DNA from: Piromyces finnis finn
Taxonomy: Eukaryota; Fungi; Neocallimastigomycota
Length of the DNA: 64,000 bases
Assembly: GCA_002104945.1 (NCBI GenBank)
Contig: MCFH01000034.1
Span: 434,001-498,000, forward strand
Direction of reading: 5' to 3'
This document shows, in pieces, positions 54,373 through 64,000 of the stretch. The notes under the pieces were generated by a model. That model was not told the origin of the DNA. It made no database searches and was given only the letters and a program-made list of their open reading frames with translations. How positions within the stretch are numbered: the stretch's first letter is position 1; each line of letters starts with the position of its first letter. Both the position numbers and the translations under genes were made by a program.

Positions 54373-57329
54373 TTATATTAATTCTTGAGATGGATGATTT
54401 GATGAACCAACATTATTGTCATCTGAAAATAGATCATCATCTTCAACATTAATACCAATTTCATCATCATACATTTCATCAACTTCATCATAATCATCTA
54501 AAAATCCTTCTTCAGCAAAGTAATCAAATCTTTCATTTTCATTACCATTTTCAGCTTGTCTCATGGCTTCAGTAACAGCACTAAAACGTGGTTTTTTAGA
54601 TTTCATATAGAAAAATATACCAGCAGCACCACAAACAGATAATAAAATTAAACCAGTGTGACCTTCATCTTGTTCTTCTTCTTGTTCTTCTTCTTTTGGT
54701 GTTTCTTCTTCTGGAGCAGCGTTTTCTTTGGAGGCTTCGTCTCCTTCTTCGAATGGACTAGATGTTTCTAAAGAAGAAGTACTAGTGGAAGTAACATCTT
54801 CTTCCATGGTAGATGATGGTTTTTCTTTTGAGTTTCCACTTCCTATAATCTTTTCTTCTGAGAATGTAGTGGTTTCTTCATCACCATCAGTTTTACTTTC
54901 AGTTTCATTTTCAGTTGAAGAACTAGTAGGTGTTGAGGTGACTAAAGCAGTTCCAGTGGATGTAGTTGAAGACTTTTCTTCATAACTAGTGGTCTTGTTT
55001 TCAGAATCGGAATCATTATCACCATCTTCATTTGTAGCAGTTGGTGAACTAGAAGAAGAAGAGGTACTAGTAGATGAGCCAGTGGATGTAGCTGAAGCAG
55101 TACCAGTGGATGTACTAGTAGATGAACCAGTGGAAGTAGCTGTAGTGCTTTCTTCACTTTCAGTAGTCTTGTTTTCAGAATCGGAATCACTACCATCATC
55201 TTCCTTTTCTCCTTCATTTGTAGCAGTTGGTGAACTAGAAGTAGAAGAAGTGGTACCAGTAGAGGTACCAGTAGAGGTAGCTGAGGCAGTACCAGTGGAA
55301 GTAGATGAACTAGAAGAAGTACCAGTAGAGGTAGCTGAAGAAGTACCAGTGGAAGTAGCTGTAGTGCTTTCTTCACTTTCAGTAGTCTTGTTTTCAGAAT
55401 CGGAATCACTACCATCATCTTCCTTTTCTCCTTCATTTGTAGCAGTTGGTGAACTAGAAGTAGAAGAAGTGGTACCAGTAGAGGTACCAGTAGAGGTAGC
55501 TGAGGCAGTACCAGTAGAAGTAGATGAACTAGAAGAAGTACCAGTAGAGGTAGCTGAAGAAGTACCAGTGGAAGTAGCTGTAGTGCTTTCTTCACTTTCA
55601 GTAGTCTTGTTTTCAGAATCGGAATCACTACCATCATCCTCCTTTTCTTCTTCATTTGTAGCAGTTGGTGAACTAGAAGAAGAAGAAGTGGTACCAGTAG
55701 AGGTACCAGTAGAGGTAGCTGAGGCAGTACCAGTGGAAGTAGATGAACTAGAAGAAGTACCAGTAGAGGTAGCTGAAGAAGTACCAGTGGAAGTAGCTGT
55801 AGTGCTTTCTTCACTTTCAGTAGTCTTGTTTTCAGTATCGGAATCACTACCATCATCTTCCTTTTCTCCTTCATTTGTAGCTTCGGTCTTTGAAGTTTCT
55901 GTGACTTTTTCATCTGATTTACTAGTTGACTTTTCATCAGTGTTGGTTGTTGTAGTAGAATCGAGAGCAGTTTGAGTAACAGTACTATCAGTAGCAGTAA
56001 TTGTAGCATTAGTATTATTCTTACTAGTAGTAATAGTAGCATTTTCAACAGATTTAGTGTTGACTGGATTCTTTTTTGCATCTTCTACGGTAAGAACTGA
56101 AGCACCACTAATACCAATAGCATCAATAATAGCATTGACTTTCTCCTTATCTTCATCCCCTTCCATCTTTAATTTTGACATAAAGGTCCATGTTAATTTT
56201 TTAGAGTTATTTTCTATTATAGAAGCGTAACCATAAGTGACTTCGGCATCCATTACAATATCAGCCATAGTTAATTTATTGTCATTATCAATAGCAAATT
56301 GGAAACCATTTTCTCCATTAAAACTGAAAATAATAGTTTTGTCTTCAACAAACTTTTTTAATTTATTACAAAAAAAAAGGGGGGAAGAGAAAAGTGAAAT
56401 ATATTAATACAATGTTAATTTTTTATTTTTAAAAATGGATATATTTTAACTATTCATTTGATAGTTACTTCATCTGGTTTAACATTTAAAGTAACGGTTG
56501 CTTTAACAGTTTCACCGACTAATTTTTTATCTGTTGTAGTAACATCACCAATACTTAAACTATCTTCATTAATTTTCCAACCCTTACAATCCTTGACCTT
56601 TTTCTTACTATCTTTTTCCAATTCACATTTAATATCTAAAAATGGAGCTGCATTAAATTTTTCATTGGCAAAACTAGTAATACTAGTAATAGAAGGATCA
56701 TCATTAAATAATTGGATTGGAGCTTTATTTAGATAAATAATAAAAATTAATAGTCATTCCATATCATACTTAAAATATAGATATAATTATCTATTATTAA
56801 TAATGTATATACTTCTACTATCCTATTTCTACTTACCACATTCCTCAGTAACTGTTGGAATAAGATTCATGGAACGATCACATACTTCATCTTCTCCTTC
56901 CTTTGGTGGTTCATAGTAATAAATTTTCTTACTATCTTTTAATAAAACTTCATTTTCAACACATTTGGTAATGAAAACTTTAAGAGAATCGTCTCGACAA
57001 CCTTTATTAAATTTAACCCATTAAATTAATTAATAACAACATATAAATAATTAAAAAAAAAAAAAAAACTTTAAAATGCTTGTTTCATTTTATATTCAAA
57101 AAAAAATAAGAAATAATTTTTTATTATTCCTCTCGAGGTTATTTTTCAAAAAAAAAAAAAAAAAAATAACCCCTCGATACTTTTTAAATATATAATATAT
57201 AAAAAAAAAAACTACATTTCAATGCTATAAATTACCTTGAACAATTTGAGTATCTAAAAATCCTCCTAATAATCCAGCCTTTGCCGATACAGCTGATAAA
57301 ATTAGTAATAAATTTGATGAAAACTTCAT
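54373..57329 (-). CDS. Type I membrane protein: signal peptide, Cys-containing N-terminal domain, Ser/Thr-rich mucin-like repeat stalk, one TM helix and acidic cytoplasmic tail; 4 exons
   Basis: MKFSSNLLLILSAVSAKAG signal-like start at 57329, three GT-AG introns joining ORF 54373-56268, TM GLILLSVCGAAGIFFYM followed by KSKK and a D/E-rich tail. Confidence 0.85.
54985..55881 (-). repeat. 219-bp (73-aa) intragenic tandem repeat: three full copies, one shortened copy and one partial copy
   Basis: TGTAGTGCTTTCTTCAC recurs at 55141, 55360, 55579 and 55798. Unit ATNEGEKEDDGSDSDSENKTTESEESTTATSTGT...SPT. Confidence 0.95.
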
Positions 57330-58888
57330 TATATATAAAATAATATCGGGCTATAATGTTATATTTTCTTATTCCTTTTATACTAAATTTGGTTTAATTT
57401 TTTTTATTATTATTAATAAATTTTCTATTTCCCTTTACTTTTGGTCTTTTTTTTTTTTTTAAAATCTTTAATAAATTATATTTGTCTTAATAAAAAGTAT
57501 TCATTTATTGTCTTTTAAATACAATAGGTACAGAAAGAGTTTTTTTTTTAATATAGAATATAGAATAGGAATAAAGTATAGAGTTAATAAATGTGTGTTT
57601 AATAATTGTTTTTTTTTTTCTTTTAAAAAAAATAAAAAAAACTTGAAAGATGTATCAATATCGATATATCAATATAAATATAACACTAAAACAATAAAAA
57701 AAAAAAATAGTTGATGGAGGTGTGAGTATTGGTGTATGGGTGTGTTTATAAATGAACAACTATAAGCCACTGAATGATATTAAAAAAATATATTTTTTTT
57801 AAATAGTTTATTAAAAACTTTTTTTATTTACTTTATTTTTTTCTCAATATTTATATTTTGGTTTTTGTTTTTTTGTTTTTGGTTTGTTGTTGTTGTTTTT
57901 GTTATTCCTTTTATTCGGATGGTCACCAATTTTTTGGATTTTTTCTTTTTTAAATTTTAAAAAAATAAATAAAAAAAAAAAACAGAAAAATTTTAATAAT
58001 AATTAAAAATAAAAAAAAATTTTTTTTATGATATGATATGACACATTTAAAAAAAATTATTTCATAATTTATCATTAATTAAGCATAATAATTAAAAATT
58101 AATTTGAACTTTAAATCCATTTATTTTTTTTTTTTTTATGAATTAAACCCATTATTTATAAAAAGGTTAAAGGAAGGAAGGGAGGAAGAAGCAATGAAAT
58201 CAATTGTAAAACCAAAAGCATAAAGCATTTCAAACACACACACACACACACACAACTTTTCCTTTTTTTTTTAAAAAAAAAAGTATTACAAAACAGCTTT
58301 TTTTTTTTTTGAAAATTATGGTTTAAACGGCGGCAAGAAATAAACTATTTATTTAAATTATATTATTCATTTATTTTTAATAATATATTTATTTATTTAA
58401 ATAATATTCATCCATTTAATATAAATGATACTATTATATAATATATTAGAATTTATTCTAATTTATATAAATTAATGATTTGCAATTAAATGAATGGATT
58501 TTTTAATATTATTCACTCATGGTAATATATTACAATACACTTTATAATATATTAAATGTATTATATTCAAAATTAAAATTGAATTTCTCATGATCAAATG
58601 AATACATATATTATGTATACATTTATAATGTATTGATTTGATTCTATTGGTTAATTTGGTACATAATAGTAATTGAACAGTGATGAGAAAGGCACACCTG
58701 AAAGGACGTAGAGGTATAGAGACGTTGAAACGGAAAGATTGAAATATTTCTATTCAATAATGAAAAAGAAGGAATAAATGCGTGTGTATGGAATGTGAAA
58801 TGTGTATGAAATAAATAATTTTATTATTAAAAATAGCTTGATTTTGGTTTGTAAAGTTTAAAGGGTGCGAAGAAGAAGAGAAGAGAGA

Positions 58889-58969
58889 GTGTGTATGTGT
58901 GTATGTGTGTATGTGTGTATGTGTGTATGTGCTTGTTTGTGTGTATGTGTGTGTATGTGTGTGTATGTG
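58889..58969. repeat. (GTGTGTAT)n microsatellite
   Basis: Visible run upstream of the HAD gene. Confidence 0.85.
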
Positions 58970-59417
58970 GTTGTGTTTAGAATAATGATTTTTTTTAAAA
59001 AAAAAAAAAAGTCTTTTTTAAATAAACTTCCTTCTTTTCATTAGAAAAAGAAAACTTTAAATTTTTTTACCAACATAAAAAAGGGAAGAACCCATAAAAA
59101 AAAAATTTTTTTTTTATTAATAAAAGAAAAAGTGTTTAAATTTGAAATTTAAAAAAAACACCACACCACCACCACAACAACAACAACAACAACAACAGAA
59201 CTTGATAAGGAAAAAAAAAAGTATTTAAAAATAATAATTTAAATTAAAAAAAAAAAAAAAAAAAAAGTTTATAAAAGTATTAAAATATAAAATAAATTGA
59301 CTTTTTTTTTTTTTTTAATTTAAAAAAAATAACGATAATAATAATAATATGAAATGTGATTTTATAATTGCAATGAACTAATTATAAAATGTTTGGAAAA
59401 AATAAAATAAATTGGTG

Positions 59418-59448
<31 letters not shown>

Positions 59449-60270
59449 ATGAATAAATATGGGATTATTGCATTAGACATGGATGGTACATTATTAATGT
59501 CAAATAAAAAAGTTCATCCTGACACCATTCGTGACATTGAAGAAGCTTCCAAAAAAGGAATTCACGTTATTTATTGTTCTGGAAGAGCGCCTATTGAAAT
59601 GAAAGAATATACAGGTATTCTTTCTACTATGCGTTATGCTATTTGTATGAGTGGTGCTCTTGTCTACGATATAAAAGAACAAAAAAATATTTATAGTCGT
59701 CCTATTGCCAAAGAACTTGTTAAAAAAATTGTTGAAGCCGCTAAAAATGATGATGGTATGGTTCATATGCTTACAGAAAGTGAATCCATTGTTAGAAAAG
59801 ATCAAATCACACATATGGCTGATTTTAATATGGAAATTTATCAATCCATGTTTTTAAAAATTGCAAAAACTGTTCCAGATATGGCGGAAGAAGCAGAAAA
59901 ACATGATGCTATACCAAAAGTAAACATTTATTTCCATTCTCACAAAGCTCGTCAAGAAGCCTATGAAAATTTAAAAGATCTTCCACTTTCTTTCGCCTTT
60001 GCGGAAGGAACATCTTTAGAAATGACAGCTAGTGGAGTAACAAAAGCAAATGGACTTTTAGAATTAGCTTCCTACCTAAAAATTCCAATTGAACAAACTC
60101 TTGGTATAGGAGATGGAGATAATGATCGTAGTTTCTTAGCAATAGTAGGACTTTCAGTAGCAATGGGAAACGCAGCAGAAGATATAAAAGCCATATGTAA
60201 AGTAATAACAGATGATAATGATCATAATGGAACAGGAAAAATAATTCGAAAATATTGTTTAGAAAATTAG
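59449..60270 (+). CDS. Cof-type HAD-IIB hydrolase (sugar/phosphate phosphatase family), intronless, bacterial-like
   Basis: All four HAD motifs are intact: IALDMDGTLL, CSGR, TKANGL, GIGDGDNDRSFL, plus SVAMGNA...DDNDHNG; 273 aa, single exon. Confidence 0.92.
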   Translation: MNKYGIIALDMDGTLLMSNKKVHPDTIRDIEEASKKGIHVIYCSGRAPIEMKEYTGILSTMRYAICMSGALVYDIKEQKNIYSRPIAKELVKKIVEAAKNDDGMVHMLTESESIVRKDQITHMADFNMEIYQSMFLKIAKTVPDMAEEAEKHDAIPKVNIYFHSHKARQEAYENLKDLPLSFAFAEGTSLEMTASGVTKANGLLELASYLKIPIEQTLGIGDGDNDRSFLAIVGLSVAMGNAAEDIKAICKVITDDNDHNGTGKIIRKYCLEN

Positions 60271-62723
60271 TTTATTAAAAAAAATATAGATAAATAGATA
60301 TCTATTATAGATATATAAATATTTTTTTTTGTGGGTGTGTGTATAATAACATCTAGTTTAAATTTTCAAAGTTTATTTTTTTTTTAAAAAAAAAAAAAAG
60401 TAAATAAAAAAATAAAAATGAGTCTTTCAATACAATTATACCATTCTTTTTTTTCATTTTTATTGTTTTACTTTGATAAAATTTGTTTTTATATATCTTG
60501 GTTTTCAAATGCCTATTTACATATTCTTTTTTATGTTGACTTTACCACATTTAGCACATGCTAAAAAAAAAAAAAGATTTTTTATTAAAATTATAGTTTA
60601 AAAAGTTGAATAAATATAGGGATAAAGTAAAGTAATAATATACATATCTACATACAACTCTATACCTTCATTATTTCTTTACCTATAAAAAAGAGTCATG
60701 ATTACTTAAAAAACTTGTATACAATAATAATAATGCAATCCTAATTATTGATCAATAAATGGTCAACAAAATAATTTAAAAAAAAACTCTAAAATATAAA
60801 GTAGTTACTATATAAAAACCTGTCAACTTAAAAAATAAGAATAATAATAAAAAAGATTATGATTAACCTATACATATGATATGATGGTATATATATGCAT
60901 TTTGATTTTCCAAACACTATTTCATCTCCTAATATAATACATTTTTTATGCAAACTTTTTTTTTTTCTAAATTTAACGTTTTTTTTTTTTTCTTTAATAT
61001 TTTTATTTCTTTTTATTATTATTATTATTCTTCCTATTAAATATTTAGTACTAAAAAAAAAAGGGAATAGTCTGTTATTATAAAGATTATCGTAAGTGTA
61101 TTAATAATCCTATTGAATGTAGCTTGTATACCTTTAAAATTTAAAGAGTTTTGTTGTTGTAAATGGCAATTCCATTTTAAATTAATAAAAAATTTATAAA
61201 AAAAAAAAAAAAAATAACAATATTTAAAAAAAAAAGTATTTCAATATAGCTCATTTTATTCAAAGTAATAATTAATTGAAATAATAATAATACTAATAAT
61301 AATACTATTAATAATAAAAGAATAATAAAGTATAAAAGGTATATGGGTATATGTTACATCTTTTTTTTTTTTTTATAAAAAAAAAAAAAAGTTGATTCTA
61401 TATATATAAAAAATTTTAGAAAAATCGAAAAAAAAAATTATGTAAAAAAATATAAATGGCAATAATAAACAACAACAACAACATCGACATCGACATCATC
61501 AGCATCCCTCAAAAAAGTACGGATAAATACTTGAACGATATTATATATGTATAAACTACATTCTCTATTAAACAAGATAATAAAATATAGCATTTTTCTT
61601 TATTTAAATAATCTTTTTGTTCTTTTATTTTTTAAAAGAAATGTTTCATGAATAAATATTATTTATTAAATTTAAGATGAATTAAAACTTTATTTATTAT
61701 TAAAAAAAAAAAAGAAAGAAAACCACCACCACCACCACCACCACCACTTTTCTTTTTCTAAAAAAAAAAAAACAAAGAATAAATTGAAAGAATAACAAAA
61801 AAAAAAAAAATAATAATAATAATAATACCTACACCTCTCCTAACCAACTAGTAGAAGAACGGAATATTAAAAAAAAAAAAAGAGTCTATCAATAAAAAGT
61901 AAAAAATAAAATTGTAATTCAAAAATTCAAAAAAAAAAAAAAAAGTAAATAATTCATAAAAATATGTTTATTATTTTTAAAAAAATTGTCTTTATGTAAA
62001 ATAGTGAATATATCTATAATGTGGTATTATTCAATATAAAATAATAATATTGTATCATATTCAAAATAGTATGTATGGTAGAAAAACAACATTTCATACA
62101 AAACTCTATATATATAGGAAAATAGAAAATAGGAAATAAATAATCCTAATAAAAACTAATGAACACATGAAAAAGAAAAAAATAAAGAAAAGGAAAAAAA
62201 AATCATTCCTTTAAAATAAATATCCTAAATGAAATTTAAAATTAACACTTATTTCTTTATTTATCATTATTATTTTATTTATATTTATATTTATATAATT
62301 ATCAATTACTTTTTTTTTTAAAAAAAAAAAAGTAAGAATAAATATAAATACTATTATTTGATATTTGATATATATATATATCATATTTCTCACTTTTTTA
62401 TATTTTTTAAAAAGATAGAAAAAAACAATAATAAAAATAATAATAAATAGACATAAAAAGCATGATAATTAAAAATAAATTATATTTTTTCATCTTGGCA
62501 AATATATTTTTCATTCAAATAGCAATGTAAAAAGAAAATAAGCAATATATATATAATTTATATATAATTTTTTTTCATTATTATTTGTATAACACCTTTA
62601 GATAAAGAAAAAGAGAAAATAAAAATAGATATATATAATTTGATAACTATATTAAATACTAATACCTATTTTTTTTTTTTTTTATTTTTTCTTTAAAACA
62701 AAATAAAATTTTATGTATATAGA

Positions 62724-64000
62724 ATGGAAGATATAAAAATATTAAGTTATAATATATTCCTAAGACCACCGCCAGTTCATGATAAACTCTCGGATTATAA
62801 GGATGAAGTGAGTATACCTATATCGCCTAGTTATACACTGTCTCATTTAATATAATATAAAGTTGTATTTTTTTTAAAAAAAAAAATAGGATTCTAACAC
62901 TGTATATACTCTTTTTAAAAATTATATTTACTCGGGATAAAATTAATAAATTAAAATATATATATTTCCAAACGAATAATTGTAAATCCTCGTTATCAAT
63001 AGAGAGTAAAATTAATTGGTGAAAAAGTTATTCCAAATTATGATATTATTGCTTTTGAAGAAGCCTTCGGAAGTCTTAATAAAAGAGTAATACAATCAAC
63101 CATTTAAAATCAATAAAAAGGATATATATATATATAAAAAAGAAAGAAGAGTAAAAGAAGAAAGGCTAAATCTATTTAAATTTTATTATAAATATATATA
63201 TATATATATATATAATTTAATAGAGAGAATCTTTAATACAATATGGTAAAGATAATGGTTTAAATTATCATTATTCCGATGCATCTCAATCTATTTGTAA
63301 TTTAAAAGTAGATGGTGGTTTACTATTTTTAAGTAAATATCCAATAGTTGAAAAAGACAAGATTGAATATCCAAGAGGTTGTCATAGTGATTGGTAAATA
63401 TTATTAAAAAAAAAAACCCTCTTAAATAATATCTTAAAAATAAATTATCATCATCATGAGGAGGAAGGGAGATAGATTTTGTACAGCATTAGATAGATCC
63501 ATGTTGACATGCATAAATAATGTGTGTGTTATACCTTGTATTTCAATCATATCAACTGTTTTAATTTGAATATCTATAAATTTTTTTTTTTTTTTACAAC
63601 TATAATCAATATAAAAAAAATTTTTTTTCAAACTTTTAAAATGTGTTCATTTTATAAATAGCTATATAAATAATATTAAATATAAATATTAATATATATA
63701 TTATTCTAATTATGTATATATAAAAGGCTTGCCATCAAAGGTTCTTTATATTTAAGATTAAAGGTTGGAAATGATAAGCATATTAATATTTTTTCCACTC
63801 ATTTACAAGCTTCTTATGATGAATACCCAACTCCAGATTCTAAATCAGTCAAGGTTAGAATGAAGCAAGCTCTTATCCTACATAAATTCATTTATCAACA
63901 TATGAAAAAACATGAAAATGAACCTTGCTTTGTTATGGGTGATTTTAATGTTGATGGTGTTCGACCACCAGAAGAAATTGAAAATAAAGGATGGTATACA
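62724..64000 (+). CDS. Endonuclease/exonuclease/phosphatase-family protein, sphingomyelinase-like; 3' end lies beyond the window
   Basis: Spliced ILSYNIFLRPP...DYKDE|RVKLIGEKVIPNYDIIAFEEAF...|...DGGLLFLSKYPI...GCHSDW|LAIKG...STHLQASY...VMGDFNVD. The ATG follows a TAG, so an upstream exon cannot be excluded. Confidence 0.82.

Noticed and set aside
54728-56081. Long antisense and alternative-frame ORFs (328 aa, 379 aa, 85 aa) over the repeat region
   Set aside because: Shadows of the Ser/Thr repeat codons; only the 54373-56268 frame connects to a signal peptide and TM helix.
54373-57329. Fungal cellulosome scaffoldin (ScaA-like) interpretation
   Set aside because: Repeats are low-complexity Ser/Thr/acidic rather than folded cohesin-like units, and no dockerin motif is visible.
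59500-59844. 114-aa antisense ORF within the HAD gene
   Set aside because: Shadow of the real CDS on the opposite strand.
63440-63560. GC-richer island in an intron of the sphingomyelinase-like gene (antisense ORF 63434-63631)
   Set aside because: No convincing C/D or H/ACA boxes and no protein similarity; insufficient support.

Overview
Extremely AT-rich, intron-rich eukaryotic DNA with long homopolymer runs and microsatellites. It is most consistent with an anaerobic gut fungus (Neocallimastigomycota); this is inferred from composition, intron style and the bacterial-type genes, not proven. By splicing exons by hand I reconstructed 17 protein-coding genes: a stand-alone AdhE-type alcohol dehydrogenase domain, TTLL12, ERCC8/CSA, EPT1/CPT1, VPS45, a membrane/coiled-coil protein (possibly macoilin-like), an Apq12-like protein, GUP1, a UPF0390 protein, ICMT/STE14, SF3A2, a CTD phosphatase, CTNNBL1, an unknown coiled-coil protein, a mucin-like type I membrane protein, an intronless bacterial-type Cof/HAD hydrolase and a sphingomyelinase-like EEP gene that runs off the window. 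The best observations are: (1) an AT-AC minor-spliceosome (U12-type) intron in ICMT with a distant branch point; (2) 3-nt and 10-nt micro-exons in the ADH gene; (3) loss of metal/cofactor residues in that intact, codon-biased ADH, suggesting a pseudo-enzyme; (4) possible plant CPL1-like and animal macoilin-like proteins; (5) a probable bacterial gene transfer; (6) several unexplained hairpins and minisatellites in intergenic DNA. No tRNA, rRNA, CRISPR array or intact transposon was recognised. Family assignments come from remembered motifs, not database searches.
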